From Camelus dromedarius (taxonomy: Eukaryota): a DNA stretch of 64,000 bases. The position numbers and the translations under genes were made by a program. Of this stretch, positions 12,870 through 25,559 are shown piece by piece. How positions within the stretch are numbered: position 1 is the first letter of the stretch; every line of letters starts with the position of its first letter. The DNA is taken from NCBI RefSeq assembly GCF_036321535.1, contig NC_087437.1, forward strand, positions 21,578,001-21,642,000. The letters run 5' to 3'. A model generated the notes under the pieces. That model was given only the letters and a program-made list of their open reading frames with translations. It was not told the DNA's origin and made no database searches.

Positions 12870-13329
12870 CTGAATTTAAAAATTGAAGAGGGGGTAAAAA
12901 GTACAAAAATTCTGTAATTTCAACATGCAGAATAAATCTTTTCCCTCAATATACAGAATAAATTTTTGTGCTTTTGAAAAACAAAAATCTTAATTAATGG
13001 AATTCTTTTTCATTTTATTACGTGAAAAACTGATGTTCTATATCTGTTGATTCAAAGGGCCCTAGAAAATTACTTGTCACTACAAATTCCTATGAACCTG
13101 TTATTCCAACAGTAGCCACTAAAGTGTGGATAAGAACAGCAGAGAATCAAAATTTAAATGTGAATTTGTCATAACTATGATTTCTCATTAATCATAGGTC
13201 ATTAATCACTTACTTTACATACTATGCAATGGTACAGAAATGTTCATTTTTCCAATTATCTTATATATTTAACATAATTCCAATCAGAATCACAATGGTT
13301 TAAAACATTTTTTAAACATTTTTACAACA

Positions 13330-14290
13330 AAATGATGCTAGTGTTCATGCTGGAAGAATAAATGTGTGAGCTGCAAAAGTTACCAGGAACTTGTCTTACC
13401 AGATCCTGTCACTTTTTATAAAACCTGTAAGCAAAACACTTTAGTATTGACATCACAAGACACCCGCAAGCCAGAAGAATAAAGAGTTCAAAAACAAATT
13501 CAAATCTTTATCAAACACAGTATTTCAGATATTTAAATAATGTTGCTGTCATAACTAGCTATCCAGCTAGGAAAAAGAGCGCGTATACTTCCCAACTTCA
13601 TACCATATACAAAAACAAGTATCAGAGTAATGAGACAATACAAGTATTAGAAGAAAATCTAGGAGAGTACTGACAATTTGGAGTGAAAAATTCTTAAGTA
13701 AGGCATGAAAAAGCCTAACAGCTTTAAGGAAAAAGACATTTTAAAGCAAAAGAATATGTATGTGACAGAAGATGTCACAAACAAATCAAGGGGCAAATGC
13801 CATACCAGGAAAAAATATTCCTAATATACAAAGAGTTGCTAAAATCAAAAAAAGAAAAAGAAAAGGATATAAACAGACTGGTTACAAAAGAGAAAATGCA
13901 AAAGGCAAACACACATAAAAATATACTCAAATTAGGGGTAAGGGAAAACCAAATTTGAGTAATAATAAAATGGCATTCTTCATCATCAATAGATTGGCCA
14001 AAATTAAATAAAGCAATGATATCCAGGACTAGAGACTCAAAGAAGTAGGCACTTAAATATTGCTGTTGTGAATTAGACCAGTCTTCTTGAAAAAGAATCT
14101 GGTAGTATTCATTCTCATTAACCAAGCACTCCTGCTTTCAGGAATCCATGTTATAAAAATAAAATCTCTGATACATAAGAATGCATAAACAAATAAACAA
14201 AAAGAATATGCAAATATACAAATACTTTTATCACAGTATTGTATACAGTGGCAAAAAACGTGAAAATTCACAAGAAGTTGCAAATTAGTA
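13330..14290 (+). mobile_element. Ancient L1 remnant (L1ME-like)
   Basis: A-rich degenerate ORF2/3' motifs; boundaries approximate. Confidence 0.45.
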
Positions 14291-15220
14291 TGACATGCTC
14301 CCACGTACATTTCACCCAATGATAACATCTCACACATAGCCATAGTACATTATCAAAACCAGGAAACTGACATCGGTACAACACTACTGCAGATACTCAG
14401 ATTTCACTAGTTTCTATGTGTATATTTTTTTGTGTGTACAGTACTATGGTGTTTTCATCATATGTATAGATTCATGCAACAATCGCTAAAACTGGAATAC
14501 AGAACTGTCACATCATTCTAACAAAACTTTCTCACATTAATCCCTTTGTAGTCACACCCTAACCCCAACCCTAACCATTTGCAACCACTGATGTGTTTTA
14601 CATCACAATAATTCTGTGAGGAGAATAAAAAAATTTTTATTTAAAAAAATTCGTATTTTTTTTTAAATAAAAATATTCTTTTAATTTTTTTTAACATTTT
14701 TTTATTGATTTTAAAAATTTGTATTTTCAATTGTTGTTGCTAGCATATAGAAATTACAATTAAGTTTTGTATAGATTTTATATCTTGTGACCTTGCTAAA
14801 TTAATCTAATGGTTATAGTATCTTTTTGAAGATTCCTTAGAATTTTTTACACTATAATAATGCCATGTGCAAACAAAGTTTTTCTTCTTGCTTTCTTCTT
14901 CTTGTGAAGTATCACATAGTTGTTGGGCATAGCATTCTATAAATATTAATGAGGTTGAGTAGGTTTATAGTGTTATTCAAGTCTTTGATCTCTGGTAATA
15001 ATTCTTGTTTCAAAGCCTACTTTGTCTAATGTTAGTAAAGCCACACCAGCTTTCTTATAATTAGTATACCTAAAAGTTTTGATGCACGTAATGAAGATGA
15101 GAGAAGTTAAAACTCATTAATAAAACATAAATGGTGATTAAAACTCATTGCTCATTAATTTATGTAAAATAATCTCTGATTAAAAAAATATACATATATA
15201 TAATTATTTCATGCACTGAC

Positions 15221-15340
15221 CTCATCAATAAAAGGTATTAGTACCACAGCTTCCCATTCCTGTTGTTTCCCATTTAGATCAGTTTTAAAATCAGGTGGAT
15301 AATATTCTATAATTGGTGAGTCTTCACTGGTCATCAAATG
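15221..15340 (-). CDS. XRN1: XRN1 exon 15 (HLMTSEDSPIIEYYPPDFKTDLNGKQQEWEAVVLIPFIDE)
   Basis: DLNGK...W...VLIPFIDE motif; 120 nt. Confidence 0.97.
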
Positions 15341-16892
15341 CTGTGAAAATATAAAACAGTGTAATAGAAATGTAATAACTGACATCAATATATCTTTTTG
15401 TTAATATATTTATAGTATTTCCTCATTTGTTATAGCTTAAAATTTCCAAGCAAAGCAAAAGTAAACTTTCACTTCTTAGATACATTACAATACACTTGCT
15501 ATATTTTGATTTTTAAGTATGAGACTTCTAATTTCACTGCTACTCACCACTTGCCCATTCCACTGACCTAGTTATGTAGCAAAATCATCTTTACTCTCAA
15601 TTTTAATATTTTAATATTATCATTTTTATCTTCTATTGTCTTTTCACTCTACAAGGCCCACCTAAATTGTTTTCTCATTCAGACCTCAGTTCACTCCACA
15701 GGTCTTGTTTTTAACCTTTAAACAATTTACTTTCATGTTCTAATCAACCGATTTTATTAATGTAAGAACTACCATCTAAGATAATTTAAAAAGAAAAAAA
15801 TCCTAAAATTCAAGAATCTCTTCACCACCAATAGCAAAGATAAAAAGTCCAATAAAACATGTTTTTATTAGATATTTTATAGCAAAGGTAGATAAGGAAA
15901 GCATAAAGATGTCTTGTAGGAAATGAATGTGGAAGATTATGATAGACAATTTTTAAAGAAATAAATTAGCATATTTTTCAAGGTAATACTCAAAATGTTT
16001 AATAATCAGTATGTTGTGGGTACAGAACAATCAAAACAGATGTGGCTATAAAAACCTGCATGGTTGTACTTACCCAGAGTGATTGAGTATCAATACTTAA
16101 TGTATTAAGGTAGGGGAAAAAAAAATCACCAAAGAAATTTATGAAGAAAAGAAGGCCAGAGGCCAGGATGAAGGACAGATTAAATTTCAGAAAGATGCAG
16201 AAAGAAGCCTGACACCTTTCAATCAGCAAAGGGTGTGTGCATGAGTGTATGTGTATGTCTACTTCAATTTCTGGTACCAGACCACGGAATTAGAACAGAT
16301 TGATGCTCTAGAAGGACTAAATGAAATTTACCCTCAGAATAAAATTTTGGTGACCCAATCACCCCTGAAATATCTTCCTCCTATTATATGAAATATGCTA
16401 ACTAGAGAAAAGCCTTTCATTCCATAATCTGACAAGTGAAATGCTTAAAACCCAAATATAAAGTGAGGTAATTTTGTTGAGATAAATGACTTATTAAAAC
16501 CAACACTATACTAATAGGCAGAGGGTAAAAGAGAACTGAAATGAAATCTATAAATGCTCAAAGTAGAGAGCTTCAGATTTTGCCTTCAGATCTTGCCTAT
16601 CTGCCTATCTCAACTTACTTTCATCAGTGCAGAGAGAAATTGAAGATGTGCTGAAAGGTACTAAAGAAGCTACACTTTGAATGTTTTATGCAATTTGTCT
16701 GCGTTTTTAAAACAAAGCTAACTTTAAATCAAGGAATTACTTTTCAAAGGACTTGTTTAAGGAATACTATATTTGAAACTGAAAATAAATGTATTTAGCT
16801 ATTAAAGAAATTTGAGTTCTATGTTTTTAGGTTTGGAGGAGGAACTCCTGAATATTAATAAGGACATAAAAACATTTAATTCTAAAACCTAC

Positions 16893-17049
16893 CTGGTAGC
16901 ATGTAGGAAGTAAATTTTTGCTAGCTGCTGGAAGTACAGCAAGAAGCTGTTCAAATGGCTTAAAAGGTTTTCCTAGTTCAAAATGGATTTTGAGTGTACT
17001 GATGTTTCGGATATCAGATAGGAAAGGTGCATAATGGTATGGATAAAAC
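16893..17049 (-). CDS. XRN1: XRN1 exon 14 ([12 protein letters not shown]...[16 protein letters not shown]...TCYQ)
   Basis: YPYHYAP and PF.PFEQL motifs; 157 nt. Confidence 0.97.
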
Positions 17050-17649
17050 CTATAAAACAAAATTGAGTTTTAAACAACTGGTAACTTTATGAAACAGATC
17101 AATATTAAGTATATACTCTTCCATATTCTATTTTAACAACACACAGCAATAATTCAAAAGGAAAAAAATCACTTATAATTCTACCACTTGAATAAATGAA
17201 ATCAGCAGTATTGGAAAATTTAGGTCATTTGATAGTAACAAATTTTGTACTTTCTTAATTTTTGAAGTGCACTTCCACATTTCCAAAAGTGGGATGTACC
17301 ATGTAATTGGAGGAGATAGATTTATTAATTACATATATAAATAATAGAATGGCTCTTACAGTTTTCAAAATGTTGAGTGTGAGTTTTCCAAACAAGATTC
17401 TTAGAGTGAAGTTATGAGGCAGTCAGAAGTCTGCGTTAGCTCAGTGGGCCTGGGCTTCTTTCATGAGGACAGAGGGAACAGTGAGGCTGAGCTCATATGG
17501 CTTATTGCTAGTCAGCTCTAAGAACTTGTATCTTTGAATTAGTATGTTAAATATGACCCCCAAAACTGAAATATTTTTACATTCCACAATTATAGCAAAA
17601 GTCAACAGGATGGGAAAGCTCAGGAGGCAGAACGGCATGTGAAACAATG

Positions 17650-17830
17650 GAAATTGTATAGACTTTGGAATTAGATAGGCTTGGACTTGATTCTTACATG
17701 ATGATATTGGAAAAATTACTGACTCTCTCTGAGCCTCATCTGTAAAAGGCTGAAAATAATGCTTACTTTAAATAGTTGCAAGGATCATATGAGAACATGC
17801 TTTTCAAGTGTGTGGCCTTAATACCTAGTA
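17650..17830 (+). mobile_element. MIR SINE
   Basis: gactttggaattaga...ctctctgagcctcatctgtaaa. Confidence 0.55.
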
Positions 17831-18662
17831 ATATAATAGGGATAACTTATACCTACCCTCTTAAAAAATGGAAAATCAAGGATTTTTGTCATTAGAATGT
17901 TCTGCAGAGAAGCCCTAAGAATTGTGTTAGTAACTGCAAAGATTTTTTTTAAAGGCTATTAGTAAGTGAAATCATAATTAATGCCACATTGTTTTGCATT
18001 GGTTTGCTTTGCTGTTGGTGCTTTAAAACAAAGCCTAGCAGAGGTGCTCTAAAAGCAAAACACAACAGAACAAGCTATCTCATCACTTAAAAGTCTCTGC
18101 TTTTCCCTGCAACGTTTTTTTGTCTTGTTATTTTTTTAATTTGGTGGATGGTTTGGAAATGTACACGAAACTTGCTGGAACAAGAAAAACGAGAGAAATG
18201 GAGATTTCTTTTTCCAGGAAAAGCAAATAATTCCTTTCTCCTTTACCCTTCCCAGTCTAACATTCATAGTACCTATTCTTCAATAATTACTCCTGACAGA
18301 AAAATTTTTTCAGACACATGAACATAGAATATAATAACCCCACATAACCACCACTCAGACACAATAATCATCAAAACTTTGTCATACTTGTTTCATTAAG
18401 GTAGAAAATTTTAAATCCTTAGATTAACAGAGTTTTTATTATGGGCTATCTGCTATTGCTGAAAGTATTGTTGTTATACAAAGGTCTTTTTGAAGTATTT
18501 TCATGTAAGAAAGGTTTATCTGTATTTTATTCAAACTTGGCTGCATCTTTTTAAACTTACTATCATAAATGGAAATAAAAAGAAAAGAGATTACCAAATA
18601 AATTTACAGTAGAGTGAACCATTATAAAAACCAAACTTTTATTTTTGTTTTTATTCCCTCAC

Positions 18663-18752
18663 CAGCTCCAGGACTGAACTCCATGATAGTAATAGTGCAA
18701 AATCCACTGTATTGCCTGGACATAACATGCAGCTTGATCAGCCAGAAAGTCA
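18663..18752 (-). CDS. XRN1: XRN1 exon 13 (DFLADQAACYVQAIQWILHYYYHGVQSWSW)
   Basis: Conserved-region-2 W..HYYY.G..SW motif; 90 nt. Confidence 0.97.
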
Positions 18753-20621
18753 CTGAAAACAGAAAAGAGTATTTTCATTACAACATTATTTTCTGAAGAC
18801 AGGCCATTGTGTTTAGAGCATGACATCTGCTAACTGTCACATTTTGCCTCACATGTTTTATTTAATCAATGAATAAGCCAAAAATTGTAATCAGAAAAAC
18901 TCTAGAATATTATTTTTTTTTAATTCCATCATGCCAGATTAAAGGTTTGCCTTATAGTTTTCCAAACCCAACTATCAGAATACTTAAACTTGCTGTGTGT
19001 ATTTATTCAGTCAATGTACTATGCCTTTGGTTTAAAGTTTGAACGACATAGTTAATGAAGCTTTCTACAAAGTGGCACTACGACTTCCTTAAATATTCAT
19101 GGTGTGATGAGAGACAGTGATGGGAATCTTCTTTATTTGGGAGGATGCTTGAGAGAATCACAGGAGAAAACCAGGAAGATCTTAAAATCTGGTTATAGCA
19201 GCTAGAACACACTTTGAAAAATGTTATGTTCACTGAATAATATTCCCTCTAATCCTTTTTTTCTCAAAAAAACATCATTTAAGGTAAAATAATCATCACA
19301 CACACATACACAAAAGAAAAAAAAAAGAGCACCTGCAGTTAAACCCAAAAGTGGCTATAAAACCTATTAGGATCTGTTACCAAAATTCAGGTAGGGGTGC
19401 ACTTAGAAATTCCAGACCTACATATTTTGGGGACATATGCTTTTGAAAATGAGATGCATTACTTTTTCATTATAAAAGAAATATTTCTTCATTATTGAAA
19501 ATCCATATAAAAAAGAAAAGCATTTTTATTACCTTATAGCAATCACTATTACATTTTGGTATGTTTCTTTCAGTCTCTTTCCTATGCCCAGGTTTTTTGT
19601 TTTTTTTTAAAAGCATTCATGAGAGTACACTGTGTGCATGATTTTGTGTCCTTCTTTTAAAATTTGTACTTAATAACATACTATAAACACCTTTCTAAAT
19701 TGTTACGCACTTTCTGTAAGGACCAGTTTATTAGTTCTGCATATTCTGGAAACAGTGGAGATGCAGAGATGATGACTGTAATGAGGAGGTGGAGACAATT
19801 ATGATGAACCTCCTACTGGACATGTAAATTAGTTCTAATTTTTCACTATTATAAAAAACTTTGTAATAAAATTCCTTGTATATAAGGATCTTCTGTTTAT
19901 GGTTTTAGATAGATTAACAATTAAAATTATTGAATCAAAGGGATGAATATTTTAAAGGCTTTTGGATATGTACTTTACAAAACAATTTTACTAATTTATG
20001 TTTTCACCAGTAATTAAAAGAAGAACTCTACCACTACTAGACCAACACTGAATATAATAACTTTAAAAGATTTGCTTATTTGCTAGGTAAACAAATTATC
20101 TCATTTTCAAAAGGCTATGTTTTAATATATGAAAGTAAAGGGAAACAAAACAGAAGACAATTTCCTATCAAATTTAGCATTTAATGTCAACTACAGGTAC
20201 TGTAGTTCTACATAATTGTAATCAAGGAAATATAAGAACTAAGGAATAAAGGATTAAAAGCATAACTATTTAAAATATTTTATTTCTCATGTTTCAAAAG
20301 TCCTCCTTGCTAATGGCACCTGACGAAGCTTCAAATGAGTTGGTAAATAATACTAAAATTTCTACACTTCTAGTTAGTGGAGGTCAGTATGAAAACAGAT
20401 CTCACAGAAAGACTGTATCTAGACTAGAAGACAGCCTGAGTTTAAGAAGCAATGTGTAAAACCTTAGGTCTATCTTTGAGCAGATTCTAGGAAAGATCTA
20501 ATCCTTAGCATCTTACTATACTTTTTTTAAAAGGTAAAAATAATAGTATAGAAAATAATCTAAGTATAGTGCATGTAATAAGGGTACACAGCATTTCATG
20601 AACCTCTTATTTCACTTATAG

Positions 20622-20960
20622 AAAAGCAGCCTCATCTGGTGGTTAGGCATGGACTGTGGACCCAGACTGCCTGTTTTCAAATCCTGGCTCTTCTACTCAC
20701 TACCTGTGTCACCTTGAGCAAATTACTTAAACCTCTCTATTCCTTAATTTTCTCTATTGTAAAATAATAGTGATTCCACTAACCTTAAAAAATTGTTGTG
20801 AGAATTATTAACAATGAGTCAACATTTTAATATCATATATGTATTTATATTACTTATATATATTTATGTTAAAATATACATGAGTTAGTATTTTTAAATG
20901 TTTAGAATAGTGCTTGGCACTTGGTAAGCACTTTATAAGTGTTTATTAATTAAAATAAAT
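20622..20960 (+). mobile_element. MIR SINE
   Basis: tcaaatcctggctct...accttgagcaaattacttaaacctctct...agaatagtgcttggcac. Confidence 0.75.
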
Positions 20961-21169
20961 AAAATATGAATATATGTAATTCATACTGGAGGCTGTAGTT
21001 TAATAATGTGAGCCACCATTCTAGAGGTCAAGATCTCACAGAAACTTTGTACTAGTCATCAACCTGGCGCTGAGTCAGGTGGCCTTTGAGATACATGTGG
21101 TATGAGCTTTAGAAGGTGGAAAGCAAAAAACTAACCATTTTCTATTTGGTAATTTTTATCATAGGAATA

Positions 21170-21387
21170 CAGTTGACCCTTGACGATGCAGGGGTTAGGG
21201 ATGTCAATCCTCCACACGGTAGAAAATCCACATATAACTTTACAGTCAGCTCTCTGTATCTGCAGTTCTGCATCCATGGATTTAACTAGCCGTGGAATGT
21301 GTAGTACTGTATTAAGTACTTAGTGAAAAAAATCCACGTGTAAGTGGACCTGTGTAGTTCAAACCCATACTGTTCAAGGGTCAACTG
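21170..21387. mobile_element. Tigger2/MER8-like MITE
   Basis: Terminal inverted repeat CAGTTGACCCTTGA / TCAAGGGTCAACTG; TA on left. Confidence 0.85.
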
Positions 21388-21554
21388 CAAAACACAAGTT
21401 AATTAACATTCTCCTCCAAAACCACACAATGATCTATAAAAACAAAAAAATCCTTTCCTCCCACTACCTTAACCATCAAAATTACGCTGTTTTCTGAAGA
21501 ACTGCAAAATCTAATTATTTTCTACTTTAAAGTAAAAGCACTGGCAAAACGTAC

Positions 21555-21660
21555 TCAGACACTATATCAACTCCCATCTTTGTCATGTAATATGTTCTTT
21601 TATATTGTCTAAACTCGGTTTCAAATAGGTCATCATCTTCAGTCTCATCTTCTAAATTTT
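21555..21660 (-). CDS. XRN1: XRN1 exon 12 (ENLEDETEDDDLFETEFRQYKRTYYMTKMGVDIVSD)
   Basis: Matches ORF track 21527..21724; 106 nt. Confidence 0.96.
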
Positions 21661-21863
21661 CTGGAAAAAAAAAAGAAAAATAGTGGCTTACAATTAGCAT
21701 TCCATTTAATGCTTTGAAAAACACTTATCAAAGCAAATGCTTCATAAACTATCACAAAAATCTGTTCCATCCAATATTAATGAATTAGTACTAATAAAGG
21801 AAATATATAAGAACTATTCTGTCAAAAAAATAACCTACATTAAAACATATAGTTTATACTCAC

Positions 21864-21927
21864 CCTTAGAAGTTACCACTTCTCCATTTTTATCTAGAGC
21901 AGCCCAACATAGAGAGTTTTCCTGGCC
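21864..21927 (-). CDS. XRN1: XRN1 exon 11 (GQENSLCWAALDKNGEVVTSK)
   Basis: ttttatag| acceptor, AGG|gtgagt donor; 64 nt; restores frame into exon 12. Confidence 0.93.
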
Positions 21928-23629
21928 CTATAAAAATTATAAATCAATATAAAATTTATGGCAAGATATACTTCAAAGTGATATATTTAATAGGGAGATT
22001 TAGAAAATACTAAAAATAACTGAATGACCTTAAGTGACACACTGCAAAAGTTCATTTTAAAAATAATCCTCAAATATTGTGTAAATATTTTTCATTTTAT
22101 CCCTTGTTTCCTGAAGCTAGAAATCTTTTATTATGAGGAACTTAACATTTAGGCCTCTCAATGATAAGTAGTAAGTAATTCTCACCAATATAAAAGAGAA
22201 ATATACTTAACTACATATATATTTCAGGAATATTTCATTTACTTAGAGAAAAGTACACAATCAATATCAAATCCTTTCAACTTTAACATTTTTATATGTC
22301 AAATTCTGGGCTACTGTTAACACAATCTATTTGTTTATGACTGAATCCAATAATTACAGATATTACTTATTTTCTGTATCTCTGATTTCCATCATTCCTA
22401 TGACTTCGTTATCTACCCTTCACTTCTAAACTTTTCTTCTATGCAACTCATTTGCTTTCTATAGTTCTTCCATTTCACCACATCCTTCACATCCTGTCCA
22501 CCTGTTTTCCTCCCTTGCGATTTCATCCTTTCTCTCCTCTATTTTCTGATTCCCTATCAACTGCCAATGACTTTCCTTAATTCTTCCTACTCTATTATTC
22601 CCACTTCTTTTTCTTCATCAAGACTAGGGCCTCTGATAATTTTCTGTGCCTGAGCTGTTTCTCTAGCTCCTCTCATTTTACCAGCGTCTCTAATGTCAAC
22701 TACATACTCCTGGACGACTGGCGAAGCTCAAGGACTGAGCTGAGGAGGGTGGAGCCATGGATTACTGATATTTAAGTTTGTGAGTATCGGTCCCCCAAAA
22801 GTTGCAGAGCCTATTCAATTAAGACAAAAAACACAGAAGAATACAGAATGACTGCTGCTAAGTTCCACTGAGGAAAAGCTAAGCAATTAGAAGAACTGCA
22901 CTAAAGAAAATCAGAATAGTTGCCCTTCCCAGAAAAGAGATATTAGGGTTTAACCTAAAAAGTACCAGTACAGCAAGGAGAGTGCAGGAAACTCATCAAT
23001 TTTTCCAGAATCCAATAATTGTAGACTGGCTGAGGAAAATTTCAGAATAGGTTTACTTTCCATGCTAACACATGTAAGACATTCTTTAGGGCTTATTAGA
23101 GGTGTTTTACAGGGCAGTGGTATAGTCTAATTGATTCTATTATTCATTTATTGAGCACCATCATTTACCAGATACTGTGCTATTAATTACTTTTAACCTA
23201 GCCTATCGGTGTAGTTTATATATTATTTTATATATAAATTGTTTCAAGAGAAAAATCACGAATCTAGTTAATGCCTCATAACATTAAATACTGTAAATAA
23301 CTACATTTTTACAGTGATAACTGATTTTCTGGGCTCTTATATTTAGAAATGTTTTCTACACTTATTAATAGAATGGAAGAGCAAAGAAAACACCACATTC
23401 TTCTTCAAGGGTGAAAATAAGAAACTGATGTTTAAAGATCAGATTTAAATGATAGGATTTAACAGAGAAAAAGAAATCAAGAGAATTTTTTAAGTGTCCA
23501 TAGAAGAAAAGAAGAAATAAAACTAAAATGAAGCAACCCCAAAATAATAAGAAGGAAAATCAGAAGCAAGGAATATCAGTTTTGCCTTTACAGTTAAAAA
23601 AATGAAAGGACATCTAAAAAAATGGACAC

Positions 23630-23767
23630 CTTTGATTTTTTCTTTTCCTTGTAGTTCTTGGCTTCTTCTGCTGCAACACCTGCTGCTTCATTGAGGTACT
23701 TGTTACCAACTTTGCTTTCAAACCACTTCAGGTCCACAAAAACTTCACTGAAGTGCTCTCGATCAAA
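23630..23767 (-). CDS. XRN1: XRN1 exon 10 (FDREHFSEVFVDLKWFESK...KEKKKSK)
   Basis: Matches ORF track 23594..23791; donor AAG|gtgtcc; 138 nt. Confidence 0.95.
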
Positions 23768-24082
23768 CTGTATAGAAATATTTAAATTCATTAAAAAATA
23801 ATCTAAGTACGTCTGGAAGAATACAAAGCAAATTTTAAAAGTGACTATTTTTGAGGCATAAGAAATCAGAGGATGTTACTTTTTTATGCATATGGGGACT
23901 TCATCTACTACTCTGAAAACTAAAACTAAAAAGCAAATAGAAATAAAAATAACTGAGGTGAAATTATTTGTACAGAATGACCAACTAGAGCAGATTTACA
24001 AAAACTCCTAGTATTACATAATTGGTAACTGACCATTTAAAGCTATTCTGAGATAGGAAAACAAAAACTTCTAGTTACTTAC

Positions 24083-24150
24083 ATCTGATAGTTTCACAAG
24101 GTATTTCTCAAATCGAGGTAAGTTGAGATGCCCGCTTTCATTAATATAAC
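24083..24150 (-). CDS. XRN1: XRN1 exon 9 (GYINESGHLNLPRFEKYLVKLSD)
   Basis: In frame; donor GAT|gtaagt; 68 nt. Confidence 0.96.
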
Positions 24151-24917
24151 CTAAAAGGAACAAAATTTACATTTGTACTAAAAACTGACATTATTTTTTC
24201 TAAAGAATTCTACAAAATTCTTTTTACAAAATGTTGATTGTTGACATTCTACTAATCAAGAACAAACACTCAGTGTTAGGCTATATAAGTGGCCCTAGTT
24301 TCTATGAACTTGATGTTACTATGACACACAATACATAAGAACTGAAACAAAATACAAGAAATTCCAGGTTTACAAAATAATAATCCTGCCAAATTTCCAA
24401 AAACATTAGGTAACAATTAACTAAATTAAATATGTCCTAGAATATATTTAGGTCATTCATTTGATATGTTAATTTGAGAAGAAAAAGACTAATGTCCTGC
24501 TACTCTGTTGTCTGTTTTATTCAGTATCACTGCTATTTGTCAATTCCCATTTTAACTTAAAAATATTTCCCTCATATTAAATACTCTGATGCTTATCCAT
24601 TCAGTAAAACTGAATTTCTATGCTTATATATGAAAAGGGCTAGGTGAAACCAATAATGTTTGCTGGCTTTCTTAAGCAATTAAAAGTGGGCATTAGTTAG
24701 GTATCAATAAATGATACTGTTTAATTTGGGTCATTTTCTTTGCTTGTGAACCACTGAAAATTACAACCTTAGAGCTTGGTACCTTAGACCAAAAGAAACT
24801 CCAAATTTTTTTCTACTTTAGTTGTGCATGCAATAATCTAATAAGCTTAGGGACATTTTTAGAGTTAGCTGAGTGCTAAATTAAAGTAGCTTCAAATTAA
24901 TATTAAACTTTTCTTAC

Positions 24918-25086
24918 CCCCAAGTTCTGGCAGGATGGTAATATATGTTCCATAAAGAAGAGGCAGTGCATCATGATTAATATGTAAATGAGGTAGATGA
25001 GGGATAAAATCATTGCCAACAAGAAATCCCATCAAAATCCAATCATCTATTATCCTTTCAATATCATATTTAAATGTGATCTTGTC
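24918..25086 (-). CDS. XRN1: XRN1 exon 8 (DKITFKYDIERIIDDW...VGNDFIPHLP...LPELG)
   Basis: GNDF.PHLP motif; 169 nt. Confidence 0.97.
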
Positions 25087-25169
25087 CTACAGCAACATGG
25101 AGGAAAGAGTCAAATCCTATGGAAATTTCTGCATATTCATCTTTGGCCTATGGTTATATTAATACTTAC

Positions 25170-25257
25170 TTTTAATGCTGAAAACTCATAGTCAATATAC
25201 TCTCTCATTAAAGACAAGTGTAGGAGGTGAAATGTGGTTTCTTCTGGTGCACACACC
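25170..25257 (-). CDS. XRN1: XRN1 exon 7 (VCAPEETTFHLLHLSLMREYIDYEFSALK)
   Basis: In frame; donor AAA|gtaagt; 88 nt. Confidence 0.97.
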
Positions 25258-25559
25258 CTGTAATTAGTCAGATGATCAACAAAGAGTTAATTATATTTTT
25301 TAAGGTTCAAGTTTAAAAATGTAAATTAAAATAAAACCTATCATTAGAAGATAATTAATTCTTACCATCAAGGCATGGAATTCATATGAAAACTACAGGG
25401 TAATGTTAAGATAAAAATATAACTGCAAATATACTAGACATAAAGTTCAAAATAATTGGTTTACATTATGCTTTCTGTGGAAGGACTCTCAGAATTAAGG
25501 AAGTCTAAATAGTACACAGCAGATGTAAGAAACCAGTGGGATCTGGCTCCCAAAAACAA

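Noticed and set aside
14556..14576. CCCTAACCCCAACCCTAACC telomere-like run
   Set aside because: Only about three imperfect units inside an old L1 remnant
13400..16095. 20-25 nt AG...GT microexon candidates at 13400-13424, 15548-15567 and 16074-16095
   Set aside because: Strong-looking donors but very short, one lies in an L1 remnant, and there is no supporting structure; they show how often cryptic pairs occur by chance
17043..17049. XRN1 W-F-YPYHYAP where I recall W-Y-YPYHYAP in human
   Set aside because: Conservative aromatic change; the catalytic acidic motifs are all intact
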